Shown here: positions 53,801-64,000 of the stretch, in pieces
How positions within the stretch are numbered: the first letter of the stretch is position 1
Layout: each line of letters opens with the position of its first letter
Origin: Phoronis australis
Lineage: Eukaryota; Animalia; Phoronida
Reading direction: 5' to 3'
NCBI GenBank assembly: GCA_002633005.1
Contig: NMRA01000060.1
Location: 351,472-415,471 of the forward strand
DNA length: 64,000 nt
Program-made: the position numbers and the translations under genes
The notes under the pieces: model-generated
Databases searched by the model: none
What the model saw: the letters and a program-made list of their open reading frames with translations, nothing else
Told to the model about the DNA's origin: nothing

Positions 53801-55019
53801 CAAATAGTTGCCAAGTAAGTTTAAGCAAATCACCGACTGCCATAACCTCTTCTTTGTGGCCTTTGAAAATGATTATGTTGAGCACTAAATGATGTACCGA
53901 CACAAATCAAGAATTACGTTAAGTGTTTGCGTAGAACTGTCTACCAAAATACTTTTCAGTACCTCAGCTCTTAGCTTCTACCATATCTCAGTTGTATCTA
54001 CACAGCCAATAGCAACCAATTGACATAGAGCTCTTTAGTAAAATGACATTGAGAAAGCGACTTGCTTTACCCAATTTCAAATTCTGGTAAGCATGAAGGG
54101 CTTAGTTGACGATGACAACATGCAATTTCTTTCATTCGTGGACTTTTTACATTGAGCAATTTGGTTGTCCTCCAGCACAACTGTGTAATTTGACGGCGAG
54201 ATGGTTGCTAAGGATTTATGAATCAGGAAAAATACTCTTACTCTTCCGAGTGTATTGAATGTTTTCCATCAACCACTTAATCGCCATCTAACGATAAAAC
54301 ACGGGTCATGATGGGTCATTCTGGCTACTCGGATGACGATGGAACTCCACTTGCACTCAGCTGTAATGATGGGTAATTCTGTCTGATCATTTTTGGCATG
54401 TACTTCACATTTACAAAATAATTTAAATGACTTCACTATTGTTTAGTTTTTGTATGTTGTGAGCTCCGTGAAGTCTTTGGAGGTACATTGTTAACCATCG
54501 GAGAGGTCTATATCCATGCATCAGCACCTACGGAAATTTTAAGGAGGCAGTGTGGATTATTGGGATAGGGGGCGCTTCCTTTACCAAAGGTCGTGGATTC
54601 GAGTCCCACTGGGGCACACTGTTAGACCCTTGAGTCGGGTCTCTAGCTCCTCAGCTTGGTTTTAACTATGGGCCTACATGAGCGGCCTGCGCACGTGTGG
54701 CACAACGTGTACCAGACGCGCCTGCAATTATTTTTTATTAAAAAAAAATGAAATTTATAAAATGATTACACTTGATATTTAATTTTCTCTCTTGTGAAGT
54801 TTTTCTACCTCACCTACCTGATTCATGATGATTTTTTCTTGTAAACCCCCTTTTAATTTCTGCAGGTACATTCTTGTGCCATCACAAACGTACAAGAAGA
54901 ATAAGACGTTCGAAAGTGTGTCTAACCAAGGAACAGGAGGAACAAACTTGATGCCCTTCTTGAAGGACATTCGGAACACGACAAAACAGAGCTCTATAGA
55001 AGAGAACCCAGAAACGTAG
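14841..55019 (+). CDS. IDO: Indoleamine 2,3-dioxygenase (IDO family heme enzyme)
   Basis: Coding exons 14841-14939, 16848-16943, 39473-39592, 40112-40230, 42734-42748, 44263-44365, 46689-46806, 48013-48061, 48732-48801, 49323-49398, 53036-53131, 53718-53814, 54866-55019. All GT-AG and phase-consistent; 1212 nt = 403 aa. Motifs YHVSSKFGFLLENPL, RLAHLLL..YVW, LGLPPVIVH..ANW, FYNTLRPFLNGW, GGSAAQS, MRSYM..H, RSYHLQIV (proximal heme His) and GTGGT. Confidence 0.94.
15010..15420. mobile_element. MITE in IDO intron 1
   Basis: TTCTAAAAACCCCTC(G/A)ACCC at left is inverted to repeated GGGTTGAGGG..GTTTTAGAA at right. Confidence 0.55.
17793..19593 (+). pseudogene. KolX / P2X7 ballast-domain-like Cys-rich protein of Kolobok
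   Basis: Exon 17793-18062 is acidic and frameshifted near TAGTAG (~17948). It splices to 19185-19593: W-CTCDNC..EERVCCQE..CIVYHGSFQPVCINRDVL..RHIAYRQFQRWVHGHLGRTVRVVIPACAVACIRAFYP..FQGF, the motif series of the P2X7 intracellular ballast domain. Confidence 0.85.
18280..18480 (+). mobile_element. tRNA-derived SINE in the KolX intron
   Basis: GTGGCGCATTGGT A-box-like, GGTTCGAATCC B-box, followed by a body-like region. Confidence 0.55.
20459..20841. mobile_element. MITE nested in Kolobok
   Basis: ~38-bp IR TGAATGATATTGG..ACGAGAAGACTGACGACCCA / TGGGTCGTCAGTCTTTTCGT..CCAATATCATTCA. Confidence 0.7.
20895..22264 (-). pseudogene. Kolobok THAP-transposase remnant (DDE core deleted)
   Basis: Exon 22018-22264 encodes THAP (MVHRCVCANC..LFRFPKD..KW..[frameshift]ICSDHFEDGCF). 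Last exon 20895-21076 reads YVNEV..PPMLS..SKEEAVARMRSRY. There is no room or signal for the catalytic domain in between. Confidence 0.8.
21420..21560 (-). mobile_element. tRNA-derived SINE, same family as 13890-14295
   Basis: Reverse strand TAGCTGAATGGTTAGC..GGTTCGATTCC. Confidence 0.6.
22881..24365. mobile_element. Non-autonomous TIR element with AT TSD (ISL2EU/Harbinger-related type)
   Basis: TIR AGACCCTATTCACGC / GCGTGAATAGAGTCT with AT on both flanks. Removing it restores the Penelope frame KLSN-M-LCKLKSPIP. Confidence 0.8.
24524..27588 (-). mobile_element. pogo-family DNA transposon with degenerate HTH-psq/CENP-B/DDE_1/PHD transposase
   Basis: 21-bp TIR GGGGAGAGTGGGGTAAAACGG; TA (left) / CA (right) flanks. 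Frameshifted ORF ~24960-27083: MPRKYIR..QFGVPRTTL, WVYGFLSRH, VYNVDETG, VLLVLDGHSSH, C-terminal PHD (CIFC..WIKCSSCEKWAHDQC..ICDLC). Confidence 0.92.
28430..29200 (-). pseudogene. Highly decayed pogo-like transposase fragments
   Basis: CKGSEAWLRGF resembles the CENP-B HTH motif FKASxGWLxxF. CSIYTTLNG..DDIRW resembles the pogo C-terminal CGISxxLDGxEDD motif. Many stops and frameshifts. Confidence 0.45.
30495..30656. mobile_element. ~160-bp CAG..CTG MITE, copy 2
   Basis: Homologous to 5587-5742; flanks TGAAG/AGAAG. Confidence 0.8.
31428..31585. mobile_element. ~160-bp CAG..CTG MITE, copy 3
   Basis: Homologous to 5587-5742; exact 5-bp TSD CTTCT. Confidence 0.85.
32030..32505. repeat. Degenerate ~70-80 bp tandem array
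   Basis: Recurring GAAAGCGCATTTTT..GGAAC..TGTGCGTC..CAATGCAA motifs, ~6-7 copies. Confidence 0.6.
32561..35768. mobile_element. 3.2-kb TIR element with 5-bp TSD, nested in the 8.2-kb element
   Basis: TIR CAGGCCCGTAGCCAG / CTGGCTACGGACCTG (14/15), CAAAT on both flanks. Confidence 0.75.
33426..34155. mobile_element. Foldback-like MITE with ~16-bp subrepeats
   Basis: GTTCACTACTCCGAAG units at left are inverted to CTTTCGGAGTGGTGAAC units at right. Confidence 0.65.
36064..36110 (+). ncRNA. Degenerate minimal hammerhead-ribozyme motif at the Penelope 3' end
   Basis: CTGATCA-TGTCTA-ATGAA-TAGAT-GAAACGTT. The core is CUGAUCA instead of CUGANGA; stem II is GTCTA/TAGAT. Confidence 0.5.
36154..36600 (-). 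mobile_element. THAP-containing transposon remnant (host of the nested stack)
   Basis: NYCCAVDYNSDGRKLDK..MRD THAP-like start. Second copy on the plus strand at ~49550-49790. The first ~120 bp are duplicated at 17433-17557 plus 22540-22546. Confidence 0.55.
37290..38530. repeat. Repeat with a ~380-bp internal duplication and recurring GGGCTACGGAGAATAC motif
   Basis: 37505-37780 resembles 37885-38145. The motif occurs at ~37305, 37666, 38041, 38342, 38360 and 38515. Confidence 0.6.
40429..41486. mobile_element. PIF/Harbinger-type MITE
   Basis: TTA|GGGCTGTTTCAG ... CTGGAACAGCCC|TTA. Confidence 0.75.
43504..44148 (-). mobile_element. Solo LTR (~645 bp)
   Basis: TGTAAC..GTTACA termini, 4-bp flanks GTAG/GTAA, AATAAA on the minus strand near 43606, CTCF-like CCACTAGAGGGCGC at 44091. 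Confidence 0.7.
44915..45421. mobile_element. TTAA-flanked non-autonomous element
   Basis: TTAA|GGTTACGTAAG..TTTACATAATC|TTAA. A related inverted end lies at ~57850-57897. Confidence 0.5.
45495..46500. mobile_element. Possible Crypton-like remnant(s) with a ~180-bp inverted duplication
   Basis: 45810-45985 is inverted to 46325-46500 (e.g. CGATTCCTTTGTGTGACTGTAAGCTC). The minus-strand translation weakly resembles the Crypton N-terminal region. Confidence 0.4.
48139..48632. repeat. Tandem repeat, 124 bp x4 (IDO intron 8)
   Basis: Near-identical units start at 48139, 48263, 48387 and 48511. Confidence 0.97.
49550..49790 (+). mobile_element. THAP-transposon remnant, paralog of 36340-36570
   Basis: MPTK..NYCCAVGCNSDVKKFDKLD..WMRDLKFFAF. 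Confidence 0.55.
50095..52680 (-). mobile_element. 5'-truncated non-LTR retrotransposon with RT and RNase H (I-group-like), degenerate
   Basis: RT motifs PGPDGV, YRII, FDLEDAYNKV, GLPQGSPLS, YVDDL, TYLGI. RNase H motifs ATDGS, SSFRVE, LLTDS, HCGISFNVKADELA. Frameshifts throughout and an A-rich 3' tail near 50095. Confidence 0.9.
54548..54720 (+). mobile_element. tRNA-derived SINE
   Basis: AGGTCGTGGATTCGAGTCCCAC B-box region followed by ACCCTTGAG. Confidence 0.5.
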
Positions 55020-55775
55020 AAACAGCGTGAAAGGTGTGGTAGAGCGCCTTCCATTTAGGATTGTTTTTGGTGGATTTGCTCTCTGGCTCAAATTCATTTC
55101 ACACTATACTATATTACTATATCACTGGGTTTCATGATTTGACCCAAAAATGGTTGTTACCTTCTATTTCTACAATTAATTCCTCCTCCATTTAAACACT
55201 CTTTGTGCCACAAAATGGATCCTACAATGCCTTATGACCAGTCTTTCCTTACAATTGTTAATTTACTGACAAAGCGTCAAATTACGAGCTAAATAAATGC
55301 CGGTTTTGCAGACTTTGTGAGGATTTTTTAAAGTGTCCCAAGTCTTAGGGTTAACGAGGGTTATACATAGCATTATTTTGTTTTGAAGTAAAATTGAAGT
55401 GATTTGTTCGTTGTTAATATTTTCTTGTAGGCTTAAACAGGGTTTAGAGAGTGCAAAATTAATGTGTCTAATGTATTGTCCTGCCAATACTGTAGTACTT
55501 AAGTGTAGTTTTTCTGAGGGGCGATTCTGAGATGTTGAAAGGACAATTGCGAATGGCTTATGTATGATTCATTGTGCCCATGCTGTCTTCCATCCTGTTG
55601 CTGCCCTTCCACAAATTGTTATTGAATTGTAGTGTTTAACTATGATGTAAACATTAAGCAGCATATAAACACTATGGTCATTCTCATGTTGCTAGTAATT
55701 AATAATTATTAGTTAAGTAATTACCAATTATCGTACAAAATTATAAATAGAATAGCGACCTGTAAGACCAAAATA

Positions 55776-55950
55776 CAGTAAAATTCGTTCAACTTGGATC
55801 CAATGGGGCTGAGAGATTTTATCTGAGTATAGCGAAATGCGACTTGCCTGAAGGACCTGAGTGCACGATCTCCAACATTTTTACTTCAGAACTTCGTCCG
55901 AGTTGAGCAAAGATCTGACTGTATCTGTACGACTTGTGTGGGTTTTACTG
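55776..55950. mobile_element. Tigger/pogo-type MITE
   Basis: TA|CAGTAAAA..TTTTACTG with internal CGACTTG repeats. Confidence 0.5.
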
Positions 55951-56949
55951 TGTAGGCAGCTAGGGAATTTTTATATAAACCTATCTCAAGTTTAGACTAC
56001 CTCACGCAGTAGTATTATCTTCTTTGGCAGCTGTTAGTATTTTGAGATGGTGTGCAAACTGATTGAATATTTGGGATCATATGTGTTTGTGTGAGTGTGT
56101 AAAATTTATTTATAATGTGATCAAATGTGTGGCTGATGCTTGACTCGTATTTTTTGACCAATTTTTTTAATAAGTTCACTTTGTCACTAACTCATTATAT
56201 ATAAAGTGTTTTTAAAGGTGTTGTTTAAGGGAGAAAGCGACCATTTATTGATGTTATGGTTAGTAAAAGTACTGACATACGTCTTTACAAGGACACTTGG
56301 GATCTGTAGATTTACTAAAGATAACATCAAAAAACGGTTATACATTCCTCCTTAAGGTGTCCTTGTAGTCAGTGTAAACTCCTTGGCATTCACTGACCAC
56401 TGAACAGACAGCGTTGATGTCAAGAACACATGAATGGAAAAGAGGGTGATAACTTTATAGTCTAGGTAATGCAAATTCTTTGAAAATTTCTGTTGACGTA
56501 ATTATTTGTTAAGCAGCATACAGCACATGTGAGAAGAACCATCTCCTGAGTAACAAAACTTCTGCAGTTTTACAAATTTTCAGTTTTCGTTATTGTGAAT
56601 TCTTTCTTGGTGAAGAAGTGTCCACCTGCCATAGACTCATCATGTCCAGTTCAACATTGTTAAATGAAAGAACTTTTTCAGTTTATACTTGATATTTTTT
56701 ATTCAATTGAAATGAAATAATAATCGTTTTTGAAACTTGATAGTTCTTGATAGACACGCTGTTATATTGCAATTGTTTTCCACCTTTTTGCTATACATGT
56801 TCATACCCAGTTGTGGACCAATTCTTTGACCAAGTGTTTATGTTACAAATAATTTAGTGAGATGCCGGCAACAATATATTTTATACTCATTTTCAATTGT
56901 TTTATTTCTGATTTCTGTCTTCTGTGTTTGCTCTGGTTCTCCCTTTGTT

Positions 56950-57198
56950 CAGGGCTTGGAATGACCTATGACAGAAAAAGAGGAAAATTTTCCAGGTGAC
57001 GTATCATTCTACAAATAAGCTTATGTGATAGAAATATTTATTGTGTTGTAAAATTTAACTACAAGAAACATTTTTTGCATGAATAAAGTCAAAATAATGA
57101 TAAAAAAGAAATGAAGAAAAGTAAACTGGAAATCAAGTGAGAGGAAATTGAAACCAAATGGTAAAATTAATCCTCTTAAAAGAGGAAAATACCAAGCC
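56950..57198 (+). mobile_element. ~250-bp CAGGGC element, copy 1
   Basis: Homologous along its length to 60809-61057. Confidence 0.7.
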
Positions 57199-58667
57199 GT
57201 TCTGTGGTTAAAACAATGTTTTATTTCTAAATGATCTTTGTGGTATTGCTTTTTGATGAAAACAGTGTTTGTAGTCACGTTAATCACAAAATAAACATCT
57301 GATGTGAAGAAATTTGTCTTTCAATGTTTTTGCTTTTAAATTTTGTACTTAATGTTCACGTTATATAGCATCTTATCGATAAGTATTTATTTTAAATTAG
57401 CTACAAATAAAAAGGTATAGATTTTGAAATTCAAAAATGCGTGTTTAAAAACTTTTACTTCAACCTTTGGTAATGTTACCATTGTTTTACCTTGAACGAA
57501 CCTTTTTTCCTAAATTTCACTGAAAAGACATGGTCACATGACCCACTTAGTGGGAGATAAGTATAAATTTAGGCTTCTGGAGGCTTTGTTCTTTCAGAAA
57601 ATTTCTACTTTTACTTATTTTAAGATGAAATCAGTCAAAAATTCTAACATTTTTCTAAATATCAATTCGTTTTTGTTTCATGCGCATTTTTTCATAAAGA
57701 TCCTAAAAGACCTATTTCTGATAGCCCCTTGTGCAAAAGCAGAACATGTTAAGAAAAATTCCTAATAATTTTGGAAAAACAGTGCATAAAACATAGTATC
57801 TGAAAGTTTTATATGAAGAATACAATTGGTCAATTCTGAGATACGATGTTCTGAAATTAGCCAAATTTGGACATTTTTCTAGGGTCCAACATAATCTTTT
57901 TTGAGTATAGACTACTTCTCACTTCTTTGTATCATTTGAAATGACACAATGATCAATGAAAGAACAGTGATGCCATTGGCCAGCACTTGTGATCCAACCA
58001 ATGGTACTAAATCACAAAGTAGCTAGATATTAAATATTTATTACCCGTCAATCACAAAGTCAATAGAATTACTATACAGAAAAATAGCAACTCATTTTGT
58101 TTCTAGGACTAAGAAAACTTGTATCCAACAGTCACTTAAAACTGCAGTAATCTATTTCAATCTATAGTACTCATCACAAATAAAAACTTGAGACGAACTA
58201 AAAGTCGGGTTTGCAATATGCTAGGCTCTCTTGCAACACATGTAAGCTCATGATTGGATAACTGTGAACTCAAATGTGAGGTCAACACACAACACTTATC
58301 CAATAATAGCATAGAGATAAGTAGAGTGCGAGTCCAATGAACTGAACATGAGACGATGTGTTAAACAGTTTGAGGTATGAACAAGAACTATATACAGGTT
58401 TTATACAATGCTTAATCTTTCCCTGAGGTAGGAACAGAAAAACAGGACATGTCACAAATGTATAAACTCTCTTAGTATACCACCTGGGAGTAAATTTTTA
58501 TGCCATCTTGATGTGAACTTTAGTCCTCCTGGAAAAGAACTGGTATGCTGTTGCTTGACAATGTCATGTTTTCTATTGAACAACATCATTCAATCGTAAC
58601 CACTTGTTCCTTGTCCATTTGCATTGTTAAAATGACTGATATCACTCTAATTCTTTTACCCAAATAA

Positions 58668-59068
58668 CAAGGGGAGGAATCAACAATTGGTCGGACTTCA
58701 AAACAGTCGGCTGGACAGCAAAATCAAATGGCCGGTGATCAAACATGTCGTTCGGACTTCAAAATGCAATGGCCTCACCCAAAAAAAAACTGCAAGTAGT
58801 TTTCTGGACCCAAAACACAATGGCCAGTGCTATAACCAGTTGGCCGGTGACTTGTTCGGCCAAGGGGTTTGAGCACCCGCCAATCCATATTAGGTTTGGC
58901 CAACCAGTTTTTTGGGTTCGGCCATCTGGTTTTGAGGTAGCAGACATCGCGCTTTGAGGTTCGGCCACCAAGTTAGAACACCGGCCCTTGGATTTTGCAG
59001 TCCAACCAGCTGGTCTTGAAGTCCAGGCAAGTGGTTTTGAAGTCCAACCAATTGTTGAATAAGCATTG
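58668..59068. mobile_element. MITE with subterminal repeats
   Basis: IR TCAACAATTGGTCGGACTTCAAAAC / GTTTTGAAGTCCAACCAATTGTTGA. Confidence 0.75.
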
Positions 59069-60808
59069 CTTTCATGTTAACAAAGAGCAATGGAAATCTG
59101 AGCATTAGAATGATAAACTAACAACCTTTGCTTGTTTGACAAACACAAGGTTTGACACTTCACAACAAAAAGCATGAAACAGGAGATAAAAATCTCCTCT
59201 CATCCTCAAAGTATAAAAATAACTGTTCTTCAATAACAGTACTTTCAAAACTGCATCTACCGTCCTAACTAACCCATTCACATAATGATGTTATCAAAAA
59301 AAAAAAATTCCTTATCACAGACCACCACACATAAATAATGTGGATTTGGTTTGTGCTTAACAAATCACCAAATTTAATATGCAAAAGTAAATAAATTACC
59401 ATGACCTAAATATTGTACCTAAGCAGGTCTCTATAAAGAGTTTGTGAACTAATATGAACATCTACAGTAACATTTTGCTGCGAGTAACTTGACTTTGAAA
59501 TCCAAACCCTAAAACTATGAAATTGGTCATCCCTTTAAATTAAAATAAATTATCAATAAATAGTTTATAGTTACTGAACTCATAAGTTGAAGCGATTGTT
59601 TGCACACAACTGTAATAAGACCTTCAGGCAAACATCTTAAAAACTGGCGAGTGTTGCATTCGTCAAGCAATATTATTTCTTCTGAAGAAATAATTCAAGT
59701 CATGAAATGCAAGTTTTCCAGGCAAGCATGGATCTCATAGCCAACATTTCCCAAACTGCCTTCAGCATATTTAATCTTAGTTTGAACGCTTCACCAGCTG
59801 AGGTGTGCAAACTATCTCTTGAACCACCATACCACAGTATTGCACTCTTAACTAATACATCATTTAATATGTAGATGGAGTAAAGCTAAGTACCAAAAGG
59901 TATGCCAAAAGAAAGTCTAGCAAAGTCGCAGTAGAGTAACAACTTACACCACATGCATATATGGCATACAAAATCCTTTACAAAAATAGTTTCCAGAAAA
60001 ATTCCCAGTGAAATTACATTGCAGTTACGCCAAGATCTTCAATTGGAATATAACAAAATAATCGACATTAAAACAACCCAAATTTGTGCTTCACTTAATG
60101 TCATTTCGTTAAGAGATCACAGTGATGCAGAGAGGCAGGCAATACTTCAGGGAGTTACCCAAGCCTAATGCGATGACGGAAACGAACCGTTTACCGCAGT
60201 CGGTAGGATGAGCCATGAAGCACAAACGACAACGGTTAAATTAACATTTACCAAAATTCTGTTTGCCTCATGTCACATCAGTGAGTAGATACTGAATAAA
60301 AGAGGTCACAGGAAGACAGACTTATCCAATAATGAAAGTAAACTCTAGGAAACAAAGTTTCGCGCGATTACTTACTGTATACAGTATATGCCATACATTC
60401 AGACAAAATGACGCGGGATTCCCAGTCATGATAGCTGGATGGAGGCTAAACTCAACGTCAGAATAGCCTTCTCTGAAGACGAAGAATGAAGGAGAGTAAA
60501 TGGGAAAGTTGGAAATGTGGCTAAAACATTCCGTAATTAGAATTTTGCCACTAAAATAGTCAATACCTGCCATTTTTACTCTCGTAATGATGGGAAACAG
60601 TGTTTTGTCTGTTTACTTTTGTTCAGTACTGATGACAGCTTGCACCAGCAACTTTGTTCAAAACACACTATCTCTAGCAACTGGCCGTCACTTGAAAACT
60701 GAGTGGGGAAAAAGAATGGACTCTTCAAGACAGTGAGAATAATTATTAATACAACTGACATATCCCAATGATCAAGGCCATAAAAAATTACTGTAAATGA
60801 ATTGAGGT

Positions 60809-61057
60809 CAGGGCTTGGAATTACAAATGACAAAAAAAGAGGAAACATTTCCAGGTGTATTGTCATTCCACAAATTAATAGGCTTGTGAGATAGAACTAT
60901 TTTTTGTGATGTAAAATTTTATTGAATCATTCTTGCATGGATTAATTCAAAATAATTATGAAAAAGAGACAAAAAAGAGGAAACTGGAAATCAAAAAAGA
61001 GGAAATCGAAACCAAAAAAGAGAAAATCTTCTTAAAAGAGGAAAATTCCCTGCCCTG
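60809..61057 (+). mobile_element. ~250-bp CAGGGC..GCCCTG element, copy 2, with 6-bp TSD
   Basis: TGAGGT on both flanks. Confidence 0.75.
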
Positions 61058-61182
61058 TGAGGTTCAACTTCACTATACAAGACAAATCAACAAAACAAAG
61101 GGGTCTGCTATCACCAAAAGTATACACAACCAAGAGTATGTACAGTTAACAGAAAAAGAAAATCCTTTAAATTCAAGTGTTC

Positions 61183-63860
61183 TCATGACGACAGCTGCTG
61201 TGAACTTGTCCGTTTCAACTGAACTTTTGCATCTTCGCTGCCAGAATGTTCAACTTTATCTGGGTTGATGCGGTTCTCCACAGCAACTGGCTGGTCCGTT
61301 TTGAGGCAGAAGACTGGCTTGTTCGATGAAGGCGGTGACGGCATTTCTACGGAAGCGTCGTCCGATTTAAACTCTTGTTTGCTACTGCCAGAATCCTTCA
61401 ACGACGAATTAGGTGTCCCTGAATCGGCATACAAAGGTTCACTGCTGCTCCGAGATCGCTGCTGATCCACAGGGGGTAGTAGCTGAGGAAGAGGTGTGTC
61501 GCCCTCGTGGTCCGACAAGAGCGACAACACAGGTGAGGTGTGCGGTATCAAAGTCTTGGGACTGCTGTGTGCACGTGGCTTCACATTCATCTCCTTAGAA
61601 TCATCCACAGACGGATTCACAACCGACACAACATCACTTTTATCAACACTTTCTCTTGTTGCGTGATTTTCTTTGTTAATTACACTATGTTTCGACACCA
61701 TATCAGGTGTGCTGGTACTATCTGTATCATGACTGGCTCCTGGAATTTCTGAAGTATTCCCTGAATGTAATCTGTCCGCTGACACGTGACTTGCAGGACT
61801 AGAGGAAGCTTGTTCTTTAGTTGTGCGACGAGGACTGTGGACTCGAGCATAGCCTGGCACAATATAAGATAATATTTCCGTTACACAATAGTGTTTACTA
61901 CGTGACGCAACTATAGCCACGTTTTTTTAATTAAGCTGAAGTTTGTATCGTTGAGCTGGCTGAAAACAAAAATTGAATTAAGACTTTACCTCTGACTCAT
62001 AAAATTGGTCTCCTAACATTCTTTACCATGACAGGATTCTGTTTCTGTTACCAACAAGACCATTGAGACCATTATTGATTCTAGAAAACCCTTCAGAGTT
62101 TATTGGGGTTGGACAACCACAGATTTGTGGACTCAAAAATGTCACATGGACACATTGCCTGTGACTTGAGTTGCTGGGTCATTCGGAAATAATTGAAAAT
62201 TGGATGAGAGTGGTAATGTTTTAAACACCAAAGCACTTCGGTTACAAATTTAACATTGACAGCTAAACAGGGAGGAAACACAGCTTAAAGTGGAACTTGC
62301 ACGTTAATTCATTATTTCTGTGATTGCCTTGTCAAATTAGTTAGAAAACACAACATATAGCGAGGATGTGAATATGAAGTAGGTTGAAAATTGCCAAATG
62401 TTTTTAAGAACGAGATTTGTGTCGAAAATGATGTGCCGTAAATCACTCAACAGTGTCCAGTAAGTATCGTGACATGGTGTTGGGGAATAACACTGCATGA
62501 TGCCAGCTATGAGAGCATCCAAGGTACATGATTAGTGCAAAGGTCACTTATTTGCAGAATTTTTTGTTTTCACATTTACAAGTTGTCAGTGAATAGAACT
62601 GTACTTTGTTTAGCATAGATGATGTTCAAATAGCATTGTTGTTTAGTTTCTGCTACACATTAGCACAGTTTAAAGTGCAATAAACAATAAACCAGTGGAT
62701 TCTGCTAAAAACCAATACTTGCGTTAAGCCAGTTAATGTACTGTTACACAATCAGTTTCATCTTGTTCCTAACTCGTTATTGCTTTAGATGAGGCACATT
62801 ACGTTACTGGTTCCACCTAATTCATTGTAGCGAATTTCAACTCAAACAAGGGATAACAATGCGATGCCATTACTTTGGAAGAGCAGAGACACTTGTAAAG
62901 TAAGTTTTTCTACTAATACTTAAGCATGGTTAACAACTAAAAAAAAGTTACAGCCCTTAAGCTACACACAGCGTAATGTGTAAACATTTCAGATTTAGCC
63001 TGGCGTACATTTTCAAGCTTTTACGTGTGGAAAGAGCTACGTTCTTAAGACAGTTTGAAGTGAACTACGTGCTGAATTATGTAATTCACTGAACAGGAAT
63101 TTCCACTGCAATTTTACAGTGTTATACAGTACTATGGACTGACTAGAGTTTATTGCCTGCACCTGCGGCGTCAGTTACCAATCAAAACTTGATGCATTCT
63201 ATTTAATTTAAAGTTGGCAGATTTCTACTCAATTATTGCTCTATGACGTTTTTTAGATTTATTATGAAAGTACACGCAATCCACATCTGCTCCAAACTTG
63301 CCGAACCAAACAATTTTTGACATGGAATCATGGTGGACTGTCAATGAAGCCAGCCAACTCTATACAGCGTTCAACGAAATTTCAATTATAGTTTTCCCTA
63401 AAATGATAAGTACACTCTGACCAGAATGTAGTATCACACAAATGCGACTGAGGCATAACACAAAAGCTAAATCGTGAACACAAGTCAATATAGATACCTG
63501 GACTACTCCGACCTGACGGGGATGAGCCTTTGCGCGAGCTTCCCGATGGCGATGAGCCCTTGCGCGAGTTCCCTGAGGAGCGACGTTCCTTTCTGCGAGC
63601 TGACAAGTCCTCTAGCGGTATTTCCACCTGGGCACTACCGTCCGATGAAGACCTACTATGGCGGTGCTCAGTTGTGGGGTGTAGGGCCTGAAAAGCTGAG
63701 GTGGCCTCTACTGCTTGCTCCACCTCAGGGGACGAGGTTCTACCCTCACCATCTAGAGCGCTGCCACTGTTGGTGCTGCGGTGCCTGTGGTGACGCCGGT
63801 GGTGATGATGGTCCGTCAGGGCATTGGAGCGCGGTCGGGATGAGGATGGCTGACTTTTAA
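61183..63860 (-). CDS. Last two exons of an unidentified gene with a Ser/Pro/His-rich, probably disordered C-terminus (5' part outside window)
   Basis: Exons 63498-63860 (363 nt) and 61183-61853 join in frame (SSP-G-YARV) with CAG acceptors and a GT donor. GC-richer than the flanks; no recognisable domain. Confidence 0.75.
62285..62495 (+). mobile_element. Kolobok-related terminal remnant
   Basis: TTAA|AGTGGAACTTGCA resembles the Kolobok TIR. It is followed ~180 bp later by the same GTGACATGGTGTTGGGGAA motif. Confidence 0.55.
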
Positions 63861-64000
63861 CTGGTGGCAAAAAGGAAAAGAAAAAAATGGTTGTAAATAC
63901 TTCACAAAGCACTGACAATGGTTGCATGAAAGATTGTCTCATGATTCGATCACCTAAATCCTTTTATAAAATCTATTGTCAGCTTGCTAAATTTCACCAG

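Noticed and set aside
60933-61268. 111-aa Lys/Glu-rich plus-strand ORF
   Set aside because: Derived from an A-rich dispersed repeat and antisense to a real exon.

Overview
Eukaryotic, intron-rich and AT-rich invertebrate-type genomic DNA; most short ORFs in the track are exon fragments or noise. I could reconstruct two complete spliced genes arranged head-to-head, with ATGs only ~177 bp apart: a BTB-BACK-Kelch gene (KLHL2/KLHL3/kelch-like, minus strand, 12 coding exons, 2251-14663) and an indoleamine 2,3-dioxygenase gene (plus strand, 13 coding exons, 14841-55019, 403 aa, with a 15-nt microexon). The last two exons of a third, Ser-rich gene lie on the minus strand at the right end. The 22.5-kb IDO intron 2 is a nested transposon stack: (i) a Kolobok element (TTAA TSD) with convergent THAP-transposase and P2X7-ballast/KolX genes, and (ii) a Penelope retroelement with a hammerhead-like motif, broken by an AT-TSD MITE, a pogo-PHD transposon and an 8.2-kb pogo-type element. 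The 8.2-kb element carries possible cargo and further nested elements. Also present: Helentron-associated elements (one with seven regularly spaced CTCF motifs), an RNase H-bearing LINE, a solo LTR, SINEs, MITEs, tandem repeats and a 209-bp N gap. All calls are by eye; no database searches were run.
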